DNA from: Nanobdellota archaeon
GTDB taxonomy: Archaea; Nanobdellota; Nanobdellia; Woesearchaeales; CAZZGN01
Assembly (NCBI GenBank): GCA_051819665.1
Contig: JBNJDG010000005.1
Coordinates: 1 to 54,277, forward strand
Length of the DNA stretch: 54,277 bases
Direction of reading: 5' to 3'
Under the pieces are notes generated by a model that worked only from the letters and a program-made list of their open reading frames with translations, made no database searches and had not been told where the DNA came from. Below are positions 32,474 through 42,039 of this stretch, piece by piece. Within the stretch, counting starts at the first letter, position 1, and the number at the start of each line of letters is the position of its first letter. The position numbers and the translations under genes are program-made.

Positions 32474-34377
32474 AACTCTATCTTCTCTTTCTTGCCGTTG
32501 ATGTTCTCTGAAACCTTCTTCAGGAATTCATCCTTATCAAGCCCGAACTTGACATGACCATCCAGGGTCCTTACGGAAACCGTACCGTTCTCTTTCTCCT
32601 TATCACCGAGAGTCAGCATCAGGTTACAATTCTCTGACTGGGCATCCCTGACCTTCTTATTCATCGATTCGCTCCTGTCATCTATGGAAACCCTCAGACC
32701 GTTAGCTTTCATCTCCTTCCTCAGCTCTTTCGCATAATCAAGATGCCTGTCAGCTATAGGCATCAGCTTAACCTGATTAGGGCTTATCCATAACGGGAAC
32801 TTGCCTGCATAATGCTCTACAAGTATACCGAGGAAACGCTCGAAACTTCCGTAGATTGCCCTGTGAAGCATCACCGGTCGGTGTTTCTTGCCGTCACTTC
32901 CCTCATAGACAAGATCGAATTTCTCAGGCATCTGGAAATCCAGCTGTATAGTTCCACACTGCCAGGTCCTCCCTATAGCATCCTTCAGATGGAAATCGAT
33001 CTTCGGACCATAGAATGCGCCGTCTCCCTCATTTATGCTGAAATCTTTACCTGTCTCATTTAAGGATTCCTTGAGCACAGTCTCTGCTTCGTCCCACAAC
33101 TCCGGAACACCCATAGCTTTCTCAGGTTTAGTGGAAAGCTCGACGCCATACTCAAATCCGAAGGTCTTATAGATGGTATTAACCAGATCCAAAAGATCCT
33201 TGATCTCATCCTTCATCTGGTCCCTGGTACAAAAGACATGAGCATCATCCTGGGTGAAGAACCTGACCCTGAAAAGTCCCGAAAGCACACCGGAAAGCTC
33301 ATGCCGGTGAACAATCCCGAACTCGCCCATCCTAATGGGAAGATCCCTGTAAGAATGCGAATTGGAATTATAGACAAGAACATGAGCCGGACAGTTCATG
33401 GGCTTGATAGCATAATCCTGCTCATCAATATTGGTGAAATACATATTCTCCCTGTAATGGTTCCAATGACCAGACTGGAGCCAGAGCTGTTTATTGAGCA
33501 CCATCGGGGTCTTGATCATCTCATAATCCCTCTTCTTCATCTCATCTTCCATGTGCTCAGCAAGCTTGTTCCAGATGAACTGGCCCTTGTCATGGAAGAA
33601 GGGCATTCCCGGCGCTTCCTGATGGAATGAATAAAGATCGAGTTCCCTGCCGAGCTTCCTGTGATCCCTCTTCTCAGCTTCCTCTTTCCTCCTTATGTGT
33701 TCCTTGAGATCCTTCTTGTCCGGGAAAGCTATACCGTAAACCCTCTGGAGCTGTTCATTATCCGAACTTGCTTTCCAGTAAGCTCCGGCGATCTTGGTGA
33801 GCTTGAATGCCTTTATCATCGAAGTGTTGGGTAGATGCGGCCCTCTGCAGAAATCGATGAATTCTCCCTGTTGATATACTGTTATACTGTCACTGTCAAG
33901 CCCGCTTATCATCTCCTTCTTGAACTTATTGTCCTTGAAGACTTCAAGGGCTTCCTCTTTAGAAAGCTGCTTCCTCTTAATATCCAGTTTCTCCTTCGTG
34001 ATCTTCTTCATCTCTTCCTCTATCTTCGGGAGATCATCCGGTGTTATCCTCTTTCCGAGCTCGAAATCGTAATGGAAACCTTCATCTATAGAAGGACCTA
34101 TAGCTATTCTCGCTTCAGGATAGAGCCTCAGGAGAGCTTGTGCAAAAAGATGTGCAGCGCTGTGCCAGAATACATCCTTGCCTTCAGGACTGTCAAACTT
34201 GAGGAGCTCAACTTTACTGTCTTCATCTATCGGGATATTGAGGTCATGGAGCTCTCCATTCACCTTAGCTACAACAACATTCCTTGCCAAACCTTCTGAT
34301 ATTGATCTTGCTATCTGTAAAGGGGTTATACCCTTATCGAATTCTTTTTCTGAACCATCCGGGAAACTTATTTTCAT
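32470..34377 (-). CDS. thrS: Threonyl-tRNA synthetase, bacterial type (TGS and SAD editing domains)
   Basis: HSAAH, DFCRGPH, RDHRKLG, KPMNCP, WQCGTIQLDF, HRAIYGSFERF. Confidence 0.97.
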   Translation of the reverse strand: MKISFPDGSEKEFDKGITPLQIARSISEGLARNVVVAKVNGELHDLNIPIDEDSKVELLKFDSPEGKDVFWHSAAHLFAQALLRLYPEARIAIGPSIDEGFHYDFELGKRITPDDLPKIEEEMKKITKEKLDIKRKQLSKEEALEVFKDNKFKKEMISGLDSDSITVYQQGEFIDFCRGPHLPNTSMIKAFKLTKIAGAYWKASSDNEQLQRVYGIAFPDKKDLKEHIRRKEEAEKRDHRKLGRELDLYSFHQEAPGMPFFHDKGQFIWNKLAEHMEDEMKKRDYEMIKTPMVLNKQLWLQSGHWNHYRENMYFTNIDEQDYAIKPMNCPAHVLVYNSNSHSYRDLPIRMGEFGIVHRHELSGVLSGLFRVRFFTQDDAHVFCTRDQMKDEIKDLLDLVNTIYKTFGFEYGVELSTKPEKAMGVPELWDEAETVLKESLNETGKDFSINEGDGAFYGPKIDFHLKDAIGRTWQCGTIQLDFQMPEKFDLVYEGSDGKKHRPVMLHRAIYGSFERFLGILVEHYAGKFPLWISPNQVKLMPIADRHLDYAKELRKEMKANGLRVSIDDRSESMNKKVRDAQSENCNLMLTLGDKEKENGTVSVRTLDGHVKFGLDKDEFLKKVSENINGKKEKIEF

Positions 34378-34441
34378 AGATTATCACCTTGTAGGGTTTT
34401 GATTTATTGAACTGAATCTTGATCAACTGCTGCTTTTAGAA

Positions 34442-34507
34442 TTAGCGTGTTGTCAACAGGAAAATACCTAAGAAGTACTTCTCCTTGAGGAGCTTTATCT
34501 TTTCCAT
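34442..34507 (-). promoter_or_regulatory. Putative thrS leader peptide MEKIKLLKEKYFLGIFLLTTR
   Basis: ATG 32 nt from the start of TTTATATA (34539); ends ACA ACA CGC TAA; 64 nt before thrS ATG. Confidence 0.45.
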
Positions 34508-34595
34508 CAGACAGACAGAGAGGGCAGATATTATATAAATCTTTTGTAAGGATTTTAGCAAAAAATATAAAAAGAACCATTAGCTGAGTTAACAT

Positions 34596-35111
34596 ATGCA
34601 ACCTAATCAATACCAGCCGGAACAACCACAGCTTGTCTTAAGGCCCTCAACCAATTTCTGGTTCATGGCCATAAAATCATTAAAGACAATTGCCATCACT
34701 TTAATTGTAATAATTATAGCAGCGGGCGGAGGAGACCTCATATCATCCCTGTTCAATAGCGGTCCAGGTATATTCATAGGCATCCTATTAGGCGCTCTTG
34801 TAGTTTCAATAGTCATTGGTTCCGGGATAACATATCTCACCCTATCGAACACAAAATATAATTTCTACAAAGACAGGGTTGAATACTATGAGGGTTTTTG
34901 GAACCAGAACAAGTATTCTGTTATGTACAATCGTATAACCAATCTTGGTCAGACAAACAGCATATATGAACGTATTTTTGGTCTGGGCACAATACATATA
35001 AGTACAGGAGCAGGAAATACAGGTGCACTAATCAAGCATGTGAAAAACCCTGATGCAACCTATAACAAATTACAAAGCATTGTGCAAAACACAAGACCTG
35101 TACAGCAATAA
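34596..35111 (+). CDS. Membrane protein with bacterial PH (YdbS-like) domain
   Basis: Two TM helices followed by YNRI...ERIFGLGTIHIST. Confidence 0.75.
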   Translation: MQPNQYQPEQPQLVLRPSTNFWFMAIKSLKTIAITLIVIIIAAGGGDLISSLFNSGPGIFIGILLGALVVSIVIGSGITYLTLSNTKYNFYKDRVEYYEGFWNQNKYSVMYNRITNLGQTNSIYERIFGLGTIHISTGAGNTGALIKHVKNPDATYNKLQSIVQNTRPVQQ

Positions 35112-35212
35112 TTCTTTTTGGAAATTCTTATAATCTCTCTTTTCCTTGACGGAGGAGAGATAGACACGATTTTTCAAAAACTATATAAACCCTCAGCATA
35201 CATTCCTATCAT

Positions 35213-35989
35213 ATGAGTCGTATCACTTTTTTAGGCACAGGAGGAGACAGTTTCACCATCGGAAAACAGACCCTCAATTCGGGAGGGATTGTCATAGAGA
35301 CAGAGAAGATGCAGTTCCACCTTGACCCAGGACCTGCGTCCCTGCTGATGGCCAAATATTATGATATCAACCTCAGGAACAATGTAGGCGTTCTCATTTC
35401 TGGAGAAGACATAAACCTATGCAACGATGTTAATGCTGTCATAGATGCGATGACCCACAGGGGACTTGACCGGAAAGGTGTTCTTCTGGCTAACCGGAAA
35501 GCATATGAGAATTACGTGACTGACAAGCACAAGACATACACAGAAAGATCTATTGCCCTTGATTCAGGCCAAAGAGTAGGTCTTAATGATATCGAGATAA
35601 AGACCCTGCCAACAACTTCCGACAATATAGGTTATAAAATAATCTCTTCCGGGTTCACAATCTCATACTCTTCAGACACCGGATACAAGGAAGAATTGAT
35701 AAAACACTATGCTGATTCGGATATACTCATCCTGAATGTCTTCTCCCCTGAAAAGGAGAAGGGAAGGCTTTCTACGGATGATGCCATAAAGATAGCCTCT
35801 AAAGTCAAGCCCAAGGTAGTGATAATCACCGGCTTCGGTATAAGGATGATCAAATCAGATCCTCTACATGAAGCAAGAAGGATACAGAAAGAATCAGGTG
35901 TACAGACGATAACCGCCAAAACAGGCATGAGCATAGACCCTATCTCTTATAATGTGAAGGTCAAACAGAAAAAACTAAGACAGTTCTAG
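35213..35989 (+). CDS. Metallo-beta-lactamase-fold protein with degenerate metal site
   Basis: ITFLGTGG, LDPGP, YSSDT, KPKVVIIT; HxHxDH absent. Confidence 0.75.
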   Translation: MSRITFLGTGGDSFTIGKQTLNSGGIVIETEKMQFHLDPGPASLLMAKYYDINLRNNVGVLISGEDINLCNDVNAVIDAMTHRGLDRKGVLLANRKAYENYVTDKHKTYTERSIALDSGQRVGLNDIEIKTLPTTSDNIGYKIISSGFTISYSSDTGYKEELIKHYADSDILILNVFSPEKEKGRLSTDDAIKIASKVKPKVVIITGFGIRMIKSDPLHEARRIQKESGVQTITAKTGMSIDPISYNVKVKQKKLRQF

Positions 35990-36912
35990 ACTATAAGCAT
36001 CAGGATCCCATAACCGACAAGACAGCCAATGGAAATGAAGGGCATTGCCGGATAGAATCTCCCTTTTTGGCTCTTATAGAAAAGATATGAAAGAGCTGCA
36101 GCAGAAGTTATAGTTATTATAAGAGAGAGCATGATGGATCCGGATCTTGAAATCCCCGAATGTATGAAATCCTTCATAATGACACCTGAAAAGATAAGCG
36201 GGAAAGCTATGTCCCCCCCTCCGAGTATTGCCGATTTCACCTTCTCTTTCTTAGCTCCTTTTACCTTCCCAGATTTTGCTTCCGAAGAACCCATCTGAGA
36301 GAAACTCACAGGCTTTGCCTTCCCCGAATAAGGGATGGACAGGCCTGCGAACAATTTTGACTTGGACTGGAACTTCGCCATCTTCACCATATGCTTGGAC
36401 TTCCAGACAGCAATCATATCATATATTGATATCAGGAGCAGGAGCATGAATGCTGAGAATACGTTAAGTACAGGAACAAAGATAGCCGCAATACCACCAT
36501 ACATGAAGATCTCCGTGAGATTATGCACGATGACATTAGGTTTAAGTATCTTGAAATAGGCTGCAGCAAGAGACAGTACCAGAGCTGCTATCTCATGCAT
36601 GAAGGCAGAGAGAGCTATACCAAGAGTTATAACGACAGCCAGGCCGTACCAGAGCTTCCACATATTCGTCTTCTTGAATTTTATCAGCAGGAGAAGTAGA
36701 CCTGTACCCAACAGAACACCGATTATTATGAAGATATAAGCTTTCGATTCACCCACTTCCGGCCTTTCTATATCATAAGGAAGTTCCTTATATTCAACCT
36801 CTCCTGTTTCAGGCGTATATTCTATGAACTGGTTGGTTATCAGAAGACCAGCCACCTGCGCTAATATGAAAGTCAATATGAGTATCGCCGTGATCCTGAA
36901 TGAATGTTTCAT
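35986..36912 (-). CDS. Presenilin/SPP-family intramembrane aspartyl protease
   Basis: YD, LGGGD and PAMP motifs with about 9 TM helices. Confidence 0.88.
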   Translation of the reverse strand: MKHSFRITAILILTFILAQVAGLLITNQFIEYTPETGEVEYKELPYDIERPEVGESKAYIFIIIGVLLGTGLLLLLIKFKKTNMWKLWYGLAVVITLGIALSAFMHEIAALVLSLAAAYFKILKPNVIVHNLTEIFMYGGIAAIFVPVLNVFSAFMLLLLISIYDMIAVWKSKHMVKMAKFQSKSKLFAGLSIPYSGKAKPVSFSQMGSSEAKSGKVKGAKKEKVKSAILGGGDIAFPLIFSGVIMKDFIHSGISRSGSIMLSLIITITSAAALSYLFYKSQKGRFYPAMPFISIGCLVGYGILMLIV

Positions 36913-36950
36913 AGAAAGAAATAAAAAACCACATATTTATCAATGTTTCC

Positions 36951-37373
36951 ATGAAAAGACTTCATTTTGCAAAAATCAGGATCATAGAAAGGGAAGAACC
37001 TGTAGACGAGGCTATGAGACTGCTTCTGGGTTTCGATCCCAATGAAGAGAAGGACATCGAATACAACATAAAGGAGGGTGAAGACCTAAATGTCCACGAG
37101 ATCTTCTTCAACAAGACCAGGCTCACGAACAAGTTCATTAAGAACCTGAAATCCAAGCTCGATAAGAAACAAAGAGATTACTTATCAGAGAATGCCGAAG
37201 AGATTGTCCACCACGAGAACCGTATGTTCCTGAGATTCGACAAAGCATCATTGATGAACAGGGAATTCAGGATCACGGATGAGGGAGAATGCTTCCATCT
37301 GAGACTTTCCATAGCCGCTTATCCGAGGAAGAAAGAGAAAGCCGTGAAGTTGATAAGAGAAATATTTAAATAA
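36951..37373 (+). CDS. Predicted RNA-binding protein (COG1325-like)
   Basis: FLRFDK...LSIAAYP C-terminal pattern. Confidence 0.65.
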   Translation: MKRLHFAKIRIIEREEPVDEAMRLLLGFDPNEEKDIEYNIKEGEDLNVHEIFFNKTRLTNKFIKNLKSKLDKKQRDYLSENAEEIVHHENRMFLRFDKASLMNREFRITDEGECFHLRLSIAAYPRKKEKAVKLIREIFK

Positions 37374-37464
37374 AAGTTTTTAATCCTTCCTCTTATGGCA
37401 ACAAGAGTTGGTTCAGCGTGGCTATAGTATACTTATTCTGATCATCTCTATTTTGACTTATAAC

Positions 37465-37518
37465 ATGTTCTATATGACAGCTGCAGGTATCTGGTGGCAT
37501 CTCCCTGCTCAGGTTTAG
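37465..37518 (+). promoter_or_regulatory. Putative Trp leader peptide MFYMTAAGIWWHLPAQV
   Basis: TGG TGG at 37492-37497 followed by a segment complementary to the next SD. Confidence 0.5.
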
Positions 37519-37564
37519 GCGCATTACAATAACAGGACAGATGGACGCACGGAGGTGCTTCACG

Positions 37565-37837
37565 ATGAGCATATTTACAGACACATCAATAAACAAGAGT
37601 ATAGAAGATAAGGTAGAAAAACAAGGAATAATAGATCAGCTGGGTAATCTGGCAGTGGTAGGCGATGTAGGGAAGATGGGCATAGAGAAGATAAAAGATA
37701 AGACCTATCTTATAGAAGCAGAAAACAAGAAGTATTTCATGAACCATAGAGGAGATTACAGAGAGATCTCAACAGAAAGATATAATAATATAAAGATGAA
37801 ATACAAAAGCAGAATACCTTCGGGGATCTATTGCTGA
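37565..37837 (+). CDS. Hypothetical 90-aa protein upstream of trpS
   Basis: GGAGGTG SD before ATG 37565. Confidence 0.65.
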   Translation: MSIFTDTSINKSIEDKVEKQGIIDQLGNLAVVGDVGKMGIEKIKDKTYLIEAENKKYFMNHRGDYREISTERYNNIKMKYKSRIPSGIYC

Positions 37838-37850
37838 TCCCCATTTTTTT
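37822..37850 (+). terminator. Hairpin plus T-tract directly before the trpS SD
   Basis: GGGGATC-TATTGCT-GATCCCC-A-TTTTTTT. Confidence 0.6.
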
Positions 37851-37861
37851 GGTGAAAGAAA

Positions 37862-38938
37862 ATGATAGACCCATACGGAAGCAAACTGATCGAGGATTAC
37901 AGGAAGATAATAAAGGAGTTCGGTCTGGAAGAGTTCGATGTGAATGACTTCCCTGAGGCAAACCGGCTAATGAGAAGAGGAGTTGTCTTCGCGGGCAGGG
38001 ACCTCAAGAGGATAGCCGGATGCATAAAGGACAACAAACCATTCTATGTACTCAGCGGGATAATGCCCACCAATGACAGGATCCATTTCGGAACGAAACA
38101 GGTCGTAGAGAACATAAGGTATTTCCAGGAACAAGGCGGTCATGCCTACATACTGGTAGCGGATCTTGAAGCGATGGCAGCGAGAGGTGTTCCATTAGAA
38201 GAAGGGAGGAAGAGAGCGATGGATTTTCACATCCCTGCTTACATAGCCCTTGGTCTTGATCCTGAGAAAACGACCGTATACTTCCAGTCCGAGAACAAGG
38301 ACGTCATACACATGGCCTACAGGCTCTCGCAGAAAATAACCACCAACGAGATAAACGCGGCTTACGGTAGTGTCAGTCCCGGAAGGATCATGAGTTCACT
38401 CACCCAGATGGGAGATATACTCTTCCCGCAGATGAAAGAGAGAATGCCCGGCATTATACCTGTAGGCATCGATCAGGAGCCTCATATAAGGTTAACCAGA
38501 GATATAGTGCAGAAGATGAAGAAAGAGAATTTCATCCTTCCATCTTCGATCTACCATAAATACACCCCTTCCCTGGACGGGGAGATGAAGATGTCAAAAT
38601 CAAAACCGGAAAGCTGTATCGAGCTCCCGGAAGATGAGAAAGAAGCATGCAAGAAGATGAAGAGGGCCCTCACTGGAGGCAGGGACACATTAGAAGAACA
38701 TCGCCGACTGGGTGCGGATATTGAGAAGGACATGATATTCGAGATATTCAAACAGCATCTTGTAGAGGATGATGATGAGCTCAAGAGGATCCACGACGAA
38801 TACAAGTCAGGAAAGATGACTTCGGGAGAGATAAAGAAACTTGCCTGTGAGAAGATTACCTCTTTCATGAGGGATTTCAACGAGAAGCTCGAAAAGGCAA
38901 AGAAGGATATTGACAAGATAAAATTCATCAGGCAGTGA
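37862..38938 (+). CDS. trpS: Tryptophanyl-tRNA synthetase, archaeal type
   Basis: HFGT (HIGH), PVGIDQEPH, KMSKS, ALTGGR. Confidence 0.93.
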   Translation: MIDPYGSKLIEDYRKIIKEFGLEEFDVNDFPEANRLMRRGVVFAGRDLKRIAGCIKDNKPFYVLSGIMPTNDRIHFGTKQVVENIRYFQEQGGHAYILVADLEAMAARGVPLEEGRKRAMDFHIPAYIALGLDPEKTTVYFQSENKDVIHMAYRLSQKITTNEINAAYGSVSPGRIMSSLTQMGDILFPQMKERMPGIIPVGIDQEPHIRLTRDIVQKMKKENFILPSSIYHKYTPSLDGEMKMSKSKPESCIELPEDEKEACKKMKRALTGGRDTLEEHRRLGADIEKDMIFEIFKQHLVEDDDELKRIHDEYKSGKMTSGEIKKLACEKITSFMRDFNEKLEKAKKDIDKIKFIRQ

Positions 38939-39012
38939 AGAGATGACAGAAGACTGCACGTACAATCAAGTGAAAACAAAAATATAAAAATAAAGGGAAC
39001 AAAGGAGTATTT

Positions 39013-39285
39013 ATGGCCGGGAAGAAAAAATCAAAAGCACTGGAACCCATCCCTAAAGAAAGCGAGGAAGACCCGAAAGTCCCTCTTTCAGGCGGATTCA
39101 TGATCGCAAGCATAATAGGCCTTGTGATTTCCGTAACTTATACCCTTTCAGGAAGATTCCAGCACATATTCGCCTGGGCAGGCGAGAACGCAGGTTATAC
39201 ATGGGGGTTCGCTTTCATACTGCTTTTCCTGGTAATGTTCATAGCTTCTATAGTATCGATTACACCGACAGAGAAACATTTCTGA
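39013..39285 (+). CDS. Small two-TM membrane protein
   Basis: AAGGAG SD; two hydrophobic helices. Confidence 0.65.
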   Translation: MAGKKKSKALEPIPKESEEDPKVPLSGGFMIASIIGLVISVTYTLSGRFQHIFAWAGENAGYTWGFAFILLFLVMFIASIVSITPTEKHF

Positions 39286-39657
39286 TCATCTTCTGGACAA
39301 GAGATACATTACGGACAAGGCTTCTACAGTTTTGGTTATCACCGATATATTCCTCAGTACACCGTAATCGGTTATCCAGTCAAAGTGAAGATTAAGAGCA
39401 TTCAGGACATTTATTATTATGTAATAAGTGGCCAAAATAACAGCTTCTATCTCATAATCATACCTGACAAAATAATACCACATGAAGATATTGAAAACTA
39501 TCCACACCAATGTCACTACAATATTGGCTATATTAAGCCTGTAGAGAAGTTCTCCATGAACCCTGCCCAGGAAATACATGGAGACAGCACCATAGATTAT
39601 GAACACTCCCACAACAAGAAGGAACCAACGAGGGATAGTTCTTTTTTCTGAAGCCAT
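39286..39657 (-). CDS. Small four-TM membrane protein
   Basis: Hydrophobic 123-aa ORF. Confidence 0.6.
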   Translation of the reverse strand: MASEKRTIPRWFLLVVGVFIIYGAVSMYFLGRVHGELLYRLNIANIVVTLVWIVFNIFMWYYFVRYDYEIEAVILATYYIIINVLNALNLHFDWITDYGVLRNISVITKTVEALSVMYLLSRR

Positions 39658-39724
39658 AAGATAAAGAGAAAGACGCTAATATATAAAAGAAACGTATTTA
39701 AATATCCTCTCAAGCACAACAGAT

Positions 39725-40684
39725 ATGATAAAGATAATATTACTCCTGCTCATATCTATAGCATATTTCTTCGCGAACTTCTATCCTTTGATCATGTTCA
39801 CGCCTCTTGCAAGAGAGATTTCCATAATTATACTCATCCTCATGATGACCTCTTATGCGCTTGAAGAGAAATACTCGAACAAACTGACAGACATCTTCCA
39901 CAGGATAATACTCATCTGGTCAGGCACAGTATTCATTGCTTTCTTCACAGCAATAATCGTTGACCTTACCGGATACATGAGATTGTTCTGGATCGTCCCT
40001 CTCATAACCATATACTCACTTTACAAAGGCACACAGATAAAAGTGAAAAGGAGAAATATCGGGAAGGAACACAACTTAAGGATAGCCCACCTATCCGATC
40101 TTCATCTGAGGGGCCCTCTGGCAAAGAAGAGACTTTCCAATATTATTGATAAGGTGAAGAAAGAATCTCCGGATATCATAGCGATTTCAGGAGATATTGT
40201 GGACTTTCCGGGATATATCAATAATAAGGTGATGAAAGAGTTCAACAGAATAAAAGTCCCCATCATAGCCTCTATGGGGAATCATGATTTCTATTTCGGA
40301 GAGAACAGGCTGGAAAAGCTGGTGAGGGGAAAGATAGACATCCTGAGGAACAGATCGAAGAGGATAAAAGGCATAAATTTCATAGGATTAGATGATCATG
40401 AAAGGAACAAGACACTGGAGAAACTGCCTAAACTGAAAAAGAAAGGCAAGAATATACTTCTCTATCACAGACCGATGATGAATGATGTTGATCTGACACT
40501 TTCAGGACATACCCATGGAGGACAGATCTTCCCTTTCAGCCTCCTCGTAAGGGCGGGTTTCCCAAAGATCAAAGGACTCCACAAGAGAGGGAAGAATTAT
40601 CTGAACGTAAGCCAGGGCACAGGCACCTGGGGGCCACCGATGAGATTCGGGACGGATAACGAGATCAACATCATCGAGATATGA
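39725..40684 (+). CDS. Membrane-bound metallophosphoesterase (YkuE-like)
   Basis: SDLH, GDIVD, GNHD, HRP, SGHTHGGQ, GTGTWGPPMR. Confidence 0.9.
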   Translation: MIKIILLLLISIAYFFANFYPLIMFTPLAREISIIILILMMTSYALEEKYSNKLTDIFHRIILIWSGTVFIAFFTAIIVDLTGYMRLFWIVPLITIYSLYKGTQIKVKRRNIGKEHNLRIAHLSDLHLRGPLAKKRLSNIIDKVKKESPDIIAISGDIVDFPGYINNKVMKEFNRIKVPIIASMGNHDFYFGENRLEKLVRGKIDILRNRSKRIKGINFIGLDDHERNKTLEKLPKLKKKGKNILLYHRPMMNDVDLTLSGHTHGGQIFPFSLLVRAGFPKIKGLHKRGKNYLNVSQGTGTWGPPMRFGTDNEINIIEI

Positions 40685-40701
40685 ACACACCAATACTTTT
40701 C

Positions 40702-42039
40702 CTATTGTTTTTTCAGGGCTGACGGAGAACCTCCTCCGTGCCAGCTAACCCTCGGTCTTATTTTGATCTGGTGTATCTGCTCATTAGCATCATCGAAAAG
40801 CACAGCAGAACCTTTCTCACCTGGAAGGAAATCTATAGCTCTCTGTATACCGTCCTTATTATAACTCTGCGACAGGAGTTCAAGGGCCTTCACGTCAATC
40901 TGAGCCGTGATCCTATGCGAAAGGACAATATCCGACTGCGTCATCACATCAGTGTGTATCTTCCCGGGCTGCTGGGTAGCGAGGATAAGGCTTATACCTG
41001 GTTGCCTTCCTTCCCTCATTACCTCGATGAGAGGGCCTGTCGCAGCATTAGCATCTTCCTCGTTCCTCGGGAGGAACTCATGAGCCTCGTCAATCACAAG
41101 CCAGACAAGAGGCATGTTCTCCTTCTGCTGATTCCCCTCATCCTTTCCGCCTTCATTCCTGATGAGGCTATCTGCCTTCTTTATCATGGCATATTCTTCG
41201 CCTTTCCTGTAATTCATCCTCTGGACGAAAAGATGTTTAGAGACTATACCGACTATCAAAGCCTTCACATCCCAGCCGCCGGGCATAGTTGCATAACAGG
41301 AAACATCAAGTACGGCTATCTGGCCGGCTTTCGCAAGCTCCAGGATTCCTGTGCTCTTATCCGAGAAAACACCCCATGATTTTGCGAAATTGAACATGGC
41401 TGTGACAGCTTTCTTGACCTCTTCAGAAGAATCATCATGTTTGGTTATCTCCTGCATTATATCCTCTATAGTGAAATTCTCCTTACTCTGACGTAGGGCG
41501 CTGATAACATCACCTATAAGAATACCATGAGGAGAGTACTTATCCACCTTGAATCCCTGACACCAGTCTTCATGATCAAGCTCGGAAGCCGCGAGGGAAA
41601 AGGGAACATCTGTAGGGATACCTTGTTCCTTGTATTTATAATAGAAATCAGCAGGTGTGAATATCTTAACATCAACCCCTTTCGGGGAAAGGCCATAGCT
41701 TTCCAATACAGATCTCCTTATCTCATCATTAGGATGCTTCATCGTCCAATAGACACCCATCGTATCGAGGAGGATTATGCTCTCATTATTCCTTACATGC
41801 TCACTGAGGAGGGAAAATCCCTCAGCTATGACGCCCATGGTATAACTCTTTCCACCGCCCCTCTTACCACAGATGAACATAACATGAGCGCCGGAGATAT
41901 CGAAATATATATCGTTCTTCTGAACAAGATTCTCATCAACTTCCCTGTATTTCTTTCCAAGATAAACCGCTCCGTCCTTACCGAACTTCTTGAAATCCTT
42001 GGGTGATCTTCCAGCTATTATAGGCGTCTCAAAATCCAT
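40702..42039 (-). CDS. HerA/FtsK-superfamily ATPase (DUF87), paralog 2
   Basis: GKRGGGKS, LDTMG, VIDEAH, REGR, ATQQP. Confidence 0.85.
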   Translation of the reverse strand: MDFETPIIAGRSPKDFKKFGKDGAVYLGKKYREVDENLVQKNDIYFDISGAHVMFICGKRGGGKSYTMGVIAEGFSLLSEHVRNNESIILLDTMGVYWTMKHPNDEIRRSVLESYGLSPKGVDVKIFTPADFYYKYKEQGIPTDVPFSLAASELDHEDWCQGFKVDKYSPHGILIGDVISALRQSKENFTIEDIMQEITKHDDSSEEVKKAVTAMFNFAKSWGVFSDKSTGILELAKAGQIAVLDVSCYATMPGGWDVKALIVGIVSKHLFVQRMNYRKGEEYAMIKKADSLIRNEGGKDEGNQQKENMPLVWLVIDEAHEFLPRNEEDANAATGPLIEVMREGRQPGISLILATQQPGKIHTDVMTQSDIVLSHRITAQIDVKALELLSQSYNKDGIQRAIDFLPGEKGSAVLFDDANEQIHQIKIRPRVSWHGGGSPSALKKQ

